In this document: piece by piece, positions 10,185 to 20,460 of the stretch
Layout of the letters: the number at the start of each line of letters is the position of its first letter
How positions within the stretch are numbered: position 1 is the first letter of the stretch
Source: an uncultured Pirellulaceae bacterium
GTDB lineage: Bacteria > Planctomycetota > Planctomycetia > Pirellulales > Pirellulaceae
Length of the DNA: 64,000 nucleotides
Reading direction: 5' to 3'
Assembly: GCA_937967505.1 (NCBI GenBank)
Contig: CALCJM010000020.1
Span: forward strand, 2,131-66,130
The notes under the pieces: model-generated
What the model was told of the DNA's origin: nothing
Database searches by the model: none
Seen by the model: the letters and a program-made list of their open reading frames with translations, nothing else
Translations under genes and position numbers: made by a program

Positions 10185-12815
10185 ATGAAAAAAAACCGCA
10201 AGCAAAACAACCGCAGCACCTATCAAATTCTCGAGCCTCGTAAAATGCTGGCCGGTGATGTGACGGCGACCGTCAACGATGGCCTGTTGCAGGTGGTGGG
10301 CGACATTGAGGGAAATGAAATTATCGTCGCAGGTCGCGCCGATGGTACGGTATCCGTGATCGGGATCAATAACACCACGATCAACGGTGGCACTGCCCCA
10401 TTTGTAGTATCCACCACATTGAATGATGTCGATGTACAGCTCAATGCGGGAGATGACAACGCCACCATTCAGGGACTGGTCCTGTCGGACAGCTTGCGCG
10501 TACGCACCGGTGCCGGCGCTGACACCACCAGCGTGCATCACATCGATGTCTCGCGTTTTGAACAATTTGGAGGAGACGGCAATGACCAGATGGAATTCAA
10601 CAATGTCTACAGCCGGCGCTCGATCCTGATTTCTGGTGAAAACAACGACGACATTGTCTCCATCACCAACCTCGCAGCGGGCACCAACGCCAACATCCTG
10701 ACCGGCAACGGTAACGATACCGTTGCCATTGATAACCTAGGCGTGAAAAACAATCTCAACCTGAACACCGGCAACGGCAACGACCAGGCAATCATGACCG
10801 GTCAGGTTTATGGCTACCGCGCCAATCTGTTACTGGGGCAGGGAAGTGATGCGTTGCATGTATTGCCCGGAACTAGTAACGAAACAGCCCTGTTCTTCCG
10901 CGGCCTGAATATTCAGGGCGGCGACGGTGACGACAGCGTCTCGCTGGACGCGGCAGTCACTTCACGGAAACGTACCGTTGTTCAGGGCGGTGCCGGCACT
11001 GACTCTATTGAACAGGGCGGTGCCAATCTGCGTGGCGGAACGATCAGCAATTTCGAAAATCTGGAAATTGCCAATTTGAACGCACTACTGGACAGTGTTT
11101 ACACCACACTGGATACTGCAGACATCGACACCACACCGTTCGGAAGAGTCCCAACGCCCGATTCACCCGATCCGGTAGTGCCGACCCTGACGACGACCTC
11201 AGCTGCGTTAATCCAGAATGAAAACGGAGGTCCGCGCGCACTGGATGATGGCCTGACCTTGGCGGGAGATAACACCACCTTCACAGGCGCCACCGTCAGC
11301 CTTGGCAACACTTTCGTCGCCGGGCAGGATGTATTGGAATTTGCCGACAACAGCACCACCGATTCGATCACCGGCACGTTTGACAACACGACCGGTACGC
11401 TCACGCTGACCGGTGACGGCACGCCTGCTGAATACCAAGCCGCACTACGGGCCATCACATTCAATAACACCAGCGCTGCCCCGGATATCACCGCTCGCAC
11501 GGCGACCATCACGGTCAGCCCCACCTCAGGAGGCGACCTGACAGCCACCCGTGGCATTTCAGTCGTCGCGTTCAATGATGCTCCGGTCATCACACGATCG
11601 ACATCTACTTTCGATGTGAATTTGGACGACAATCCTACCCTTCCTGTTCCAATCGGAACCGACGCGCTCACGGTCTCCGACGTTGACACCGCCCAACTCT
11701 CCGGCGCGGTGGTCACAATCGATGAAGGGCGTTTGGACGGTGACGTGCTGGCTTTCACCGCCGTTGACGGAATTACTGGCACCTTCGATGCTCCCACCGG
11801 AGTCCTGACCTTCACCGGCGATGCAGATGTCGCCGACTATCAAACCGTCCTCCGCAGCGTGACACTTGATTTTGGTGCAACCCCGGCGGCCGGACAGCGC
11901 CAGGTTACCTTCGAGGTCACTGATGCCGAAGGGGATAACTCGGAAACCTCTGCCGCCGACGAAGTAGTGGTCACCGTCACCACCGACGCTTCAGCGGTAC
12001 TACAAACATCCGCCAGCGTTCCGTCTGCCTTCACAGAAGGCAGCGCTCCGACAGAGGTTGGTGGCGAACTGACAATCGCTGCCGACGACAGCGCAGTGGT
12101 TTCCGGGGCGCGTGTGGAAATCACCTCCGGGTTCGATTCGGCCAATGACGTTTTGACCTACAACAGACGGCTGGCGAGCGACAACAGTATTGCTGCCAAT
12201 TTCAACCGGCAGACTGGCGTCGTGACGTTCACCAACGCAGCGACTCCCGCCATCTATCAACAGTTGCTGCAAAGCGTTGCCTACCACAGCAACGATCAGG
12301 CGATTGCCGAGCCAACCTCTCGTGACATTCAGTTCAGTGTCATCTCTGATGCCGAATTCTCTGTCACCCAAACCACGACTTTGGAGCCACGCACGGCAGC
12401 CCAACGTGCGGAGGTGGCAGACACCGCCGCTATCGCAGCACGTGACGAACGGTTGATTCAGGATTACATCGCGGCCAACAATCTGACCACGCAAACCACT
12501 GACTCGGGTTTACATTACGTCGTTGAAACAGAAGGCAACGGGCAATTCCCTGCGGCCACCGACACGATTCAGGCGACCTATACAGGTACCTACCTCAACG
12601 GTGTCCAATTTGACAACGGTACGGCCATCGACTTCCCTCTACAGAACGTCATTGCTGGGTGGACTGAAGGATTCCAGCAATTCTCCCCCGGAGGCGCAGG
12701 CAAACTGCTCATCCCGTCAAGTTTGGCTTACGGAAGTGGATCAGGCCCCGGTGGCACAATCGCCGTCAATTCGCCACTGGTCTTTGACATCGAATTCGTC
12801 AGAAACTTGAGCTGA
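10185..12815 (+). CDS. Large extracellular protein: planctomycete leader, G/D/N-rich repeats, cadherin/Ig-like repeats, C-terminal FKBP-type PPIase
   Basis: LEPRKMLAG; TGNGND repeats; three repeats ending YQxxLxxI/V; FKBP motifs YTGTYLNGVQFD, VIAGWTEG and LLIPSSLAYG. Confidence 0.85.
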   Translation: MKKNRKQNNRSTYQILEPRKMLAGDVTATVNDGLLQVVGDIEGNEIIVAGRADGTVSVIGINNTTINGGTAPFVVSTTLNDVDVQLNAGDDNATIQGLVLSDSLRVRTGAGADTTSVHHIDVSRFEQFGGDGNDQMEFNNVYSRRSILISGENNDDIVSITNLAAGTNANILTGNGNDTVAIDNLGVKNNLNLNTGNGNDQAIMTGQVYGYRANLLLGQGSDALHVLPGTSNETALFFRGLNIQGGDGDDSVSLDAAVTSRKRTVVQGGAGTDSIEQGGANLRGGTISNFENLEIANLNALLDSVYTTLDTADIDTTPFGRVPTPDSPDPVVPTLTTTSAALIQNENGGPRALDDGLTLAGDNTTFTGATVSLGNTFVAGQDVLEFADNSTTDSITGTFDNTTGTLTLTGDGTPAEYQAALRAITFNNTSAAPDITARTATITVSPTSGGDLTATRGISVVAFNDAPVITRSTSTFDVNLDDNPTLPVPIGTDALTVSDVDTAQLSGAVVTIDEGRLDGDVLAFTAVDGITGTFDAPTGVLTFTGDADVADYQTVLRSVTLDFGATPAAGQRQVTFEVTDAEGDNSETSAADEVVVTVTTDASAVLQTSASVPSAFTEGSAPTEVGGELTIAADDSAVVSGARVEITSGFDSANDVLTYNRRLASDNSIAANFNRQTGVVTFTNAATPAIYQQLLQSVAYHSNDQAIAEPTSRDIQFSVISDAEFSVTQTTTLEPRTAAQRAEVADTAAIAARDERLIQDYIAANNLTTQTTDSGLHYVVETEGNGQFPAATDTIQATYTGTYLNGVQFDNGTAIDFPLQNVIAGWTEGFQQFSPGGAGKLLIPSSLAYGSGSGPGGTIAVNSPLVFDIEFVRNLS

Positions 12816-12860
12816 GCCGGTATTACCGGATCGCCGAGCGCTGAAACGATCGGCAGGGTG

Positions 12861-12889
12861 CGGCGACGGCGAATATCGCCGCCGTTTTT
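12861..12889 (+). terminator. Possible intrinsic terminator
   Basis: CGGCGA-ATA-TCGCCG stem followed closely by a T5 run, between convergent genes. Confidence 0.4.
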
Positions 12890-12908
12890 CTCCAAAGCTC
12901 TCAATTCC

Positions 12909-13988
12909 CTAAATGGCTGCCGCAATCGCGGCGGCCATTTGCGTTGTCGTCATGCTCCCGCCCATGTCCGGCGTGCGATTTTCCGGGTTGGCCAGCACGC
13001 TGCTGACGGCGGCGGTCAGCAACTTTGACGCCCGCACAGTTTCCGGGTGATCAAACCAGTCCAGCATCATGGCGGCTGACAGGATCGTGGCCACCGGATT
13101 GGCAATACCCCGACCGGCAATATCGGGCGCCGATCCGTGCGACGGCTGGAACACAGCAGCCGTGGCACCGATGTCACCCGAAGGCGCCATGCCCATCCCG
13201 CCAACCAGTCCCGCCGCCAGGTCGGAGAGAATATCGCCAAACATATTCTCGGTCACCATCACGTCAAACCGCTGCGGATCGCGGACCATAAATAACGCCG
13301 CCGCATCGACATAGCAGTGGTCCGACGTGCAATCCGGGAACTCTTTGGCCACTTCGTCGAACACTTCCCGCATCAACACCATCGCAGAAAGCACATTGGC
13401 TTTGTCGATCAGTGTCACATGCTTTTTCCCGTCACGTTTCTGCGCCAGTTCGAATGCCATCCGGCAAACACGTTCGGTACCGGCGCGACTGATCCGCATC
13501 ACATTGGTGGCCGCTTGGTCTTCCGCCGAAAATGTGGAACCGCGCCCCGAAAACAGCCCTTCGGTGCTCTCCCGTACCAGCACAAAATCGATATCGCCCG
13601 AGTCATAATTTTTCAAGGGCGTGTCGGCCGCATGAAACAGATGGATTGGCCGAACACCTCCGTACAACTGCAAACGCTCGCGCAAATCTAGTTGCGGTGC
13701 AATTTCGGTTCCGTCGGGATACCGTACACTGGGGATTCCCATCGCGCCCAACAACACCGCATCACAACGCCCACAGGCTTCAAAGGTCGTTTCGGGAAGT
13801 GCGACACCATTTTTCAGGTACTCCCCCACACCGACGGAGTGTTCTTCAAATTCCAGCGTGACACCGGTGAGCTTTTGCTGAACCTGTTTCAGCAACTCAA
13901 CCGTCACTTCGGTAACTTCGGGTCCAATGCCGTCACCGCCAAGCACTGCAATCTGAAAGACTTTGTTGGAAACTTCTGCACTGGCCAT
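12909..13988 (-). CDS. Isocitrate/isopropylmalate/tartrate dehydrogenase family protein (substrate uncertain)
   Basis: GGDGIGPEV, DKANVL, ENMFGDILSD and HGSAPDIAG; RESTEGLF has Phe where LeuB has Tyr. Confidence 0.9.
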   Translation of the reverse strand: MASAEVSNKVFQIAVLGGDGIGPEVTEVTVELLKQVQQKLTGVTLEFEEHSVGVGEYLKNGVALPETTFEACGRCDAVLLGAMGIPSVRYPDGTEIAPQLDLRERLQLYGGVRPIHLFHAADTPLKNYDSGDIDFVLVRESTEGLFSGRGSTFSAEDQAATNVMRISRAGTERVCRMAFELAQKRDGKKHVTLIDKANVLSAMVLMREVFDEVAKEFPDCTSDHCYVDAAALFMVRDPQRFDVMVTENMFGDILSDLAAGLVGGMGMAPSGDIGATAAVFQPSHGSAPDIAGRGIANPVATILSAAMMLDWFDHPETVRASKLLTAAVSSVLANPENRTPDMGGSMTTTQMAAAIAAAI

Positions 13989-14310
13989 ATCTGTTTGCTC
14001 TGGTGGTATGATTTGGAGTTCGACGATTTGCTGTGACACTGAGGTACACCGACGCTGCCCGGAACAATATCGTTCGATCACTCACTGAGCACTACCGACG
14101 ATGCCTTCCCGGAAAGGCATCCAGTGTAGTCTTGTCAGGAACTGCCCGACAGACAGAACCGGTGAACAGAAATAAATTTGTTCCAAACCCCAACCCGACA
14201 CCAGAAAACCGTTTAGAGAATTAGTTCAGGAAATGGCTGAGGGCGACATTCTTCTGACTGGCAAACCTCCGGCTTTTGTAAGCTGTCGTTGGCCATACTG
14301 TCGTTGGTCA

Positions 14311-16347
14311 TTAGTATGCCACTTCCAATCCGAAGTAACCACCGTGCAACATCAGGTCATCGTTGGCGGTGGGACTGCTAACCGCGTTCAGATCCGAGAA
14401 AAACACTTCCGTCTGTGGTACGGCAAGTGCCACATCCGACACAAACAACGCGCGATAACCGACACGCAATCGACTGTTACGGTACAACTGGCAGGTCACA
14501 CCCAGATCCAGTTCACCCAGCATGGTGAGGTCTGAATTCTCGCCGTGGGTGTCGAAGGCCTGCCCTTGGTAGGGGCCGTCCACGACCTGTGCTGTCACCG
14601 GAGGATTGCCGCGCGGATGAAATGTGATGTTCTGGTTATTTTCATAGTGGTTGCTAAAGATACCTGCCTTGGTTCCGATGATCAGGCTAAATCTTCGCAA
14701 GAATCCAATCTCCGTGCGTCCGCCAATCTGGGCACCGTACAGACTGTTGCTAACCTCGTTCAGATAATCTGCCCGGGAGAGCACGCTGGCAACGTTGCCC
14801 GGTCGAAACGCTTGGGCGGAATAGTTGAATGATTCATCGAACTTGAGGTAACGGAAACCGACCAGGTACTCATGCGAGACCGTTCGACCGACCCCATGCT
14901 GGCGTTGACCGATACGGCCAAGGCGAAGCAGATTCAGTTCCGCATTGTCGATCGATGTTTCGCGAGTGATCTGGTGCACGTCCGCAAAATTATAGATCTC
15001 GGCGGCCGTTGTACCCGGCACACCAACACCTGACAGAAAGATCGCGGGGCCGCCTGGAGTCGCAGTACCCAGTGCCAGTGGACCACCGTCAAGCGCCCGC
15101 GACGCGCGACTTGGATCCAGTTGGAAATAGCGCACCTCAAACCCGTTTCCGTTCCCCTTGCGACGCGCCAGATTCACATCAAAACCACCGAAGTTACCGT
15201 GGTCTGCGTCGTTGGAGAACAATCCCCGTTCGCCGATGAAACGACTGGCCGAATACTGCGAGTCCGCTTCGTAGTTGCGGCTGAAATATAATCCCGAAAC
15301 TCCAATCAAAGTGTTGACACCCCCACGATCGGCCCCGTCTGCAACCTGCGGAGCAACAATGTTCTGGTCGCGCGGTCGCTGGTCAAGGTACTGATCCTCG
15401 GGACCGTATCCCTCATCCGCATAATCATCTACCGCCTCGCAGGTGTCATCGCACAACTCTTCTTCGAAAGGCTCGTCTTCCTGACCTTTCCTTTCCTTTT
15501 TTCGCGTCTGATGTCTGGAACGATGGCGGCCAAAAATACCTTTGTGCCCTCGACGCCGATTGGATTGGTGCGACTTGCGACGGGAGCTTTCGTCAATGCG
15601 TTGAGCTCCGGTATCGTAAAACGCTTCTTCATCTACATCGTCGCATGAGTCAACGATGTCATCAGAGTCACAGACATCGCAATCGTCCTGGACACCTTCC
15701 AGATAGATAACGTCGCCCGGACTACAGGTGTCGCAATCGCTCTCTATCACCATTTCTGAATCACACCCGCAGGGCTCAGCCGATATGATGGATTCCTCTT
15801 CAACCGGCATCGCATTCCACACAGGTTGTTGTGTGCTGCCTGTCATACCGCCGGTCAGGCGACTACCGTGCTGAAACGAACGTGGCGTGCGCGGTGCGGT
15901 CCAATCTGTCGCTGGCATCACGGGGGCTGGCTGGCCGATCAGTGTATCGGATGGAGGAGTCTGCGCAGGCGTATCAAACAGTGGCAAAGGATGCGCTGAC
16001 CGGGGATCTGGTGAAAACGACGATCGGCCTGTTGTCGTTGGTGCCGTGCGCGGTGCCACTCGGGGTGCCGTGCGCGGTGCGGTGGCCGATCCGGCCGGAG
16101 GCAGAGGATTGCTTTCTGGCAGTTGAAAGGAATCAACCTGAGGCTGTTTCTCCGGCAACCCGTTGTGCTCCAAATTGACACCAGGGTAGTCAAATCCGGT
16201 ACCCTCTGGTGCATTACTATCGGGCAACAATTCAGCGATCGGACCAGGTGCCAGACTTCGATCGCCACTTTGTGCGATCGATGTTTGGCCGCTGACAGCC
16301 ATTGCTGATGCAAGGGTCAAAAACAGAACAGGTGAAATCCGTTTCAT
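14311..16347 (-). CDS. Planctomycete outer-membrane beta-barrel protein (BBP7-like) with a long low-complexity N-terminus
   Basis: Signal peptide; Pro-, Cys/Asp- and Arg/Lys-rich tracts; barrel-like motifs GFRY, NSLYGAQIG, RVGYRAL and terminal HGGYFGLEVAY. Confidence 0.75.
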   Translation of the reverse strand: MKRISPVLFLTLASAMAVSGQTSIAQSGDRSLAPGPIAELLPDSNAPEGTGFDYPGVNLEHNGLPEKQPQVDSFQLPESNPLPPAGSATAPRTAPRVAPRTAPTTTGRSSFSPDPRSAHPLPLFDTPAQTPPSDTLIGQPAPVMPATDWTAPRTPRSFQHGSRLTGGMTGSTQQPVWNAMPVEEESIISAEPCGCDSEMVIESDCDTCSPGDVIYLEGVQDDCDVCDSDDIVDSCDDVDEEAFYDTGAQRIDESSRRKSHQSNRRRGHKGIFGRHRSRHQTRKKERKGQEDEPFEEELCDDTCEAVDDYADEGYGPEDQYLDQRPRDQNIVAPQVADGADRGGVNTLIGVSGLYFSRNYEADSQYSASRFIGERGLFSNDADHGNFGGFDVNLARRKGNGNGFEVRYFQLDPSRASRALDGGPLALGTATPGGPAIFLSGVGVPGTTAAEIYNFADVHQITRETSIDNAELNLLRLGRIGQRQHGVGRTVSHEYLVGFRYLKFDESFNYSAQAFRPGNVASVLSRADYLNEVSNSLYGAQIGGRTEIGFLRRFSLIIGTKAGIFSNHYENNQNITFHPRGNPPVTAQVVDGPYQGQAFDTHGENSDLTMLGELDLGVTCQLYRNSRLRVGYRALFVSDVALAVPQTEVFFSDLNAVSSPTANDDLMLHGGYFGLEVAY

Positions 16348-16937
16348 CGTGTCTTCCTCGTTTCCGGCAGCCTGCCCGTGGCAGGCTTGACCGCTCATAG
16401 TTTTAATGACGGTTCGCCCAAGCTGTCACCGCCGGGCGTCTCGCCTGAAACCGGCCTGAAAATCAGCACCAGTAATACTTCAGTTCAAACCACTTCAATA
16501 CGTACTTAACTCATCGTCCGCACAACCAGCCCCTGTCAATAAAACTGCATCAATCAGACCAACTCGCAAAATCGGACCGTGCGAAATCCAGACAACAGCC
16601 AAAACCCGAACAGGCAAAACATCAGGCGCAATCGCTACAGACTGCCGGACTGGTGCGACTGCCACAGCAATGCGAACTATCCGAACCGACAACCCCTACA
16701 GCCCGCAAGGCTTACCAAGCGACTGCGCCGTTAACGCATCACAGGTCGGTGATCGAACCAACCCGCATTTTTCAGTTCTGGCAGGCAAAGTGTTTCCAGC
16801 GGCAGTGGCTTCCGTTAAACTCTAACGGCTGTGTCGATTTTCACAGCTACCGCCGTTACCCCGCAGCATTACGGCCAACACACGCGCCCATTGCTGACAC
16901 CCTTCAATCTTCAATCCAGCAACCAGGAATAATCCCG

Positions 16938-18215
16938 ATGCCCGTACGATACCTGCTGATCTTTGGTGCGTTTTTGATTTCAATGCTGATGTGGATCGAC
17001 CGGGCATGCATCGCCGCCGCCAAAGACGATATCGCGGGCGATCTTGGATTTTCGGACAACGACATGGCCTGGATCATGGGCGCTTTTACGCTTGGCTACG
17101 CCTTGTTCCAGGTGCCCAGCGGAAAACTGGCAGGCCATTTTGGGCCGCGCACAGTAATGGCGGGAGTCTGTATCGCGTGGTCAATTTTCACCGGGCTGAC
17201 CGGGGTGGTACGCTCGCTGGCCGGGTTGGTCGGGGTCAGATTCCTGTTCGGCGTGGGCGAAGCAGGTGGTTACCCGACTACCGCTCAGGCTATTTCATCA
17301 TGGCTGCCGGTTCAGGAACGCGGGATCACGAATTCGTTGATTTTCTCGGGAGGCCGCCTAGGTGCGGCACTGGCGATGCCGGGCGTCGTGTGGTTAATTG
17401 CGTTCACCGGCGGTTGGCAGCAGGCGTTCTTCTTCCTAGGTGGCATTGGACTGTTCGTGGCGATCGCCTGGTGGTTGCTGTTTCGCGATTTGCCCGAAAA
17501 TCATTTTGCAGTCGGCGAATCAGAAAAGCAATTCATCATCGAAAACCGATCGAAACGATCAGACAACCAGGAAGCTGATTTGGATGCGGGCAAATTGGCT
17601 CCACCCAAAACGACCTTGGGCGAGATTTTGCTTAACCCCACGATGTGGATGTTGATGGTGCAGTATGTGGCGCACAACTTCACGTTTTTCTTCGTTGCCA
17701 CCTGGTACTTCAGCTATATCAAGGAGTCGTACGACCTGACCAGTGAGCAGGCAGGTTTCTATGCCATGTTCCCGCTATTGTGCGGTGTGCTGGGAAACTG
17801 GTTGGCTGGTGCTACGGTGGATTTTCTGTACCGCAAAGGCCATTGGAACTGGTCACGCCGCCTGCCGGCGATCGTTGGATTTGTCTTGGCAGCAATCGGC
17901 ATGTCGTTGTGCATCCAAATGGACACCGTGGTCATGTCCGTAACGATGATGAGTTTGGCGATCTTTGGCAGCGATATGGTGCTCAGCCCTTCCTGGACGA
18001 CGTGCCTGGATATTGGCGGCAAAAACGCGGGGGCCGTTTCCGGTGCGATGAACATGATTGGCAATCTGGGTGCATTTTCCACGGCACTGGCATTCCCGTA
18101 TTTGAAAGACTGGGCCGGGTCGCACGAGCCATTCTTTTACCTCGCGGCAGGGCTGAATATCGTGGCCGTGTTGATGTGGTTGGCAATTCGACCCGACCGC
18201 CCGATCAGTGATTGA
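16938..18215 (+). CDS. MFS transporter, anion:cation symporter (sugar-acid) type
   Basis: WIDRACI, YALFQVPSG, RFLFGVGEAGGYP, ERG and GAMNMIGNLG; multiple TM segments. Confidence 0.9.
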   Translation: MPVRYLLIFGAFLISMLMWIDRACIAAAKDDIAGDLGFSDNDMAWIMGAFTLGYALFQVPSGKLAGHFGPRTVMAGVCIAWSIFTGLTGVVRSLAGLVGVRFLFGVGEAGGYPTTAQAISSWLPVQERGITNSLIFSGGRLGAALAMPGVVWLIAFTGGWQQAFFFLGGIGLFVAIAWWLLFRDLPENHFAVGESEKQFIIENRSKRSDNQEADLDAGKLAPPKTTLGEILLNPTMWMLMVQYVAHNFTFFFVATWYFSYIKESYDLTSEQAGFYAMFPLLCGVLGNWLAGATVDFLYRKGHWNWSRRLPAIVGFVLAAIGMSLCIQMDTVVMSVTMMSLAIFGSDMVLSPSWTTCLDIGGKNAGAVSGAMNMIGNLGAFSTALAFPYLKDWAGSHEPFFYLAAGLNIVAVLMWLAIRPDRPISD

Positions 18216-18260
18216 TTCGGTTTTCAGTTTCAGTTTTTCAGTTTCAGATTCGGATTTTCT

Positions 18261-19340
18261 ATGTCTGCAAATTCAGGGCGTCTACGTGGCGCCGCCATCG
18301 GTGCCGGTTATTTTAGCCAGTTTCACTACGATGCCTGGGAACGGATCGAAAGTGTGCAAGAAAACGTACAACTGGTGGCCTGCTGCGATTTGGACATCGC
18401 CAAGGCCAATGCAAACGCCGCAAAGCACAGAATCCCCGCCGCATTTGACAACGTCGAAACGATGCTGGCGACCGAAACCGGCCTGGACTTTATCGACATC
18501 ATCACCGGCCCGACGACGCACCGGGATATACTTCAGAAGATCATCGACCGCAAAAACGATCACCCCAACCTGCACATCATTTGCCAAAAACCACTGGCAC
18601 CGACATTTGAAGAAGCAGTCAAACTAGTCGAAATGGTGGAGGCGGCGGGTATTCCGATGGTGGTTCACGAGAACTTTCGATTCCAACCGTGGTACCGGGA
18701 AATCAAAACACTGTTGGCCGCAGGTGTCATCGGGACGAAACTGCATACGATTGCGCTACGACACCGCGCCGGCGATGGTTGGGGAGAAGACGCCTATCTC
18801 AATCGACAGGCCTATTTCCGGACCATGCCTCGGATGCTGGTGTTCGAAACGGGCGTGCACGCGGTCGATACGTTTCGCTATCTGGTGGGAGACATCTCCC
18901 GCACCTGCACTCACATGCGGCGACTCAATCCGGTGATCATCGGGGAAGACACCGCGCTGGCAATGTTCGAGTTTTCCAATGGCGGCGTCGGATTGTATGA
19001 TGCCAATCGATACAACGAATGCGACGCCGGTAAGGACTCTCGGTATACGTTTGGGGAATTGCTGGTTGAATTTGATGGCGGCACCATTCGTAGTGACCTG
19101 GAGGGAAAAATCACCATCCACCCGCTGGGACAGGATGAGACCGTCCACAATTACCAGCCTTCCCAAGTAGGTTTTGCCGGCGACTGTGTGTTTGCGGCGC
19201 AACAACACTACATTGACGCAATGCTTTCCAAGGATGTGGCGTTCGAAACTGAGGCACGGTCCTACCTAGAAACCTTGGCGGTACAGGAAGCGATGTATTT
19301 ATCGGCCGAAAGTGCCAGATGGGAAGATGTCACATTCTAA
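18261..19340 (+). CDS. Gfo/Idh/MocA family oxidoreductase
   Basis: IGAGYF, ICQKPLA, HENFRFQP and ETGVHAVD. Confidence 0.92.
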   Translation: MSANSGRLRGAAIGAGYFSQFHYDAWERIESVQENVQLVACCDLDIAKANANAAKHRIPAAFDNVETMLATETGLDFIDIITGPTTHRDILQKIIDRKNDHPNLHIICQKPLAPTFEEAVKLVEMVEAAGIPMVVHENFRFQPWYREIKTLLAAGVIGTKLHTIALRHRAGDGWGEDAYLNRQAYFRTMPRMLVFETGVHAVDTFRYLVGDISRTCTHMRRLNPVIIGEDTALAMFEFSNGGVGLYDANRYNECDAGKDSRYTFGELLVEFDGGTIRSDLEGKITIHPLGQDETVHNYQPSQVGFAGDCVFAAQQHYIDAMLSKDVAFETEARSYLETLAVQEAMYLSAESARWEDVTF

Positions 19341-19608
19341 TGCTGCAAAATAACGCCAAGCCAAAACTCGTTCCCGGTCCCTGCCCGGAAACGCAATGCA
19401 GTCAAGGCTCTACCTTGAGCCACAAAACTTCAGAAAAAACCGAAAAGAAGGCGACGCCTTCAAGACATTGCATGACGAGGCAGAACCCGGTCACCGGTTG
19501 AAACGCGGTTGATTCTTATTTATGGATTCAGGTAAATTCAAGTTAGAAGTACCGGTTCACCCCGGGGACCCCCGTGCCACTATCAACACCACTGCACTAC
19601 AACCAATC

Positions 19609-20247
19609 ATGCGAATCATTGACCTGACCTTAAATATTGATCATGCCATGCGGGGCGTGAGTATCTCCACCGCCAAAACGATTGTCAACGATGGTTGGAA
19701 TGCGACGACACTGGAATTGTACTCACACTGTGGCACGCACATGGATGCCCCCGTCCACTTCGTGCCGGATGCCGACACGATTGACCAACAGGACCTCTCG
19801 GTCTGTGTTGGACCTGCGTTGGTGATTGACTTGGCTCCTGCAAAATCGGCAGAACTCATTACTGTCGAACATCTGACGCGTTACGCCGATCAAATCCTTC
19901 CCGGCAGCCGGTTGCTGCTTCGAACCGACTGGCACAAGACCTATGGCACCGATGACTATCGCAACGCGCTACCGCGGATCTCGATCGAATTGGCCCATTG
20001 GTTGGTTCAGAAACAGGTGGCAATGATTGGTGTGGAACCTCCATCGGTTGCCGATGTAAACAACAAAACCGAAGTCACCGATGTGCATCAAACACTGTTC
20101 AATGGCGGTGTGCTGATTATCGAGGGACTGGTGAATCTCGATCAGCTGAAACAACCCGTTGTTCACTTCATCGGGTTGCCACTGAAAATTACCGGCGGCG
20201 ATGGCTCACCCATTCGTGCGATCGCGATTGAGGAATCATTACCGTAA
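19609..20247 (+). CDS. Cyclase family (kynurenine formamidase-like) metal hydrolase
   Basis: HCGTHMDAPVHF, H...IIEGLVNL and GGDGSPIRA. Confidence 0.9.
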   Translation: MRIIDLTLNIDHAMRGVSISTAKTIVNDGWNATTLELYSHCGTHMDAPVHFVPDADTIDQQDLSVCVGPALVIDLAPAKSAELITVEHLTRYADQILPGSRLLLRTDWHKTYGTDDYRNALPRISIELAHWLVQKQVAMIGVEPPSVADVNNKTEVTDVHQTLFNGGVLIIEGLVNLDQLKQPVVHFIGLPLKITGGDGSPIRAIAIEESLP

Positions 20248-20460
20248 CGCCATCGGTCGTCGCCTCATCCGGAGGAGATCTACCAATAGTACTGGTAGTG
20301 CTGATAGAATTCAGGTGCTTCATCCCGGTTAGGACTGCCCCTCCAATGCTACCATCGATACCCAACGCTTCCACCCTGATTTTTTCCACGAACAACTTCA
20401 AATATTCCGGCAACTGCCTTCAGCGGTACGCGCGTACTTCACTTCGCCCACCACACCTTT

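Noticed and set aside
12909-13988. Calling this gene leuB
   Set aside because: The catalytic Tyr is replaced and there is no leucine-pathway context.
18220-18250. (TTTCAG)n low-complexity run before the oxidoreductase
   Set aside because: Short and imperfect, with no evidence of function.
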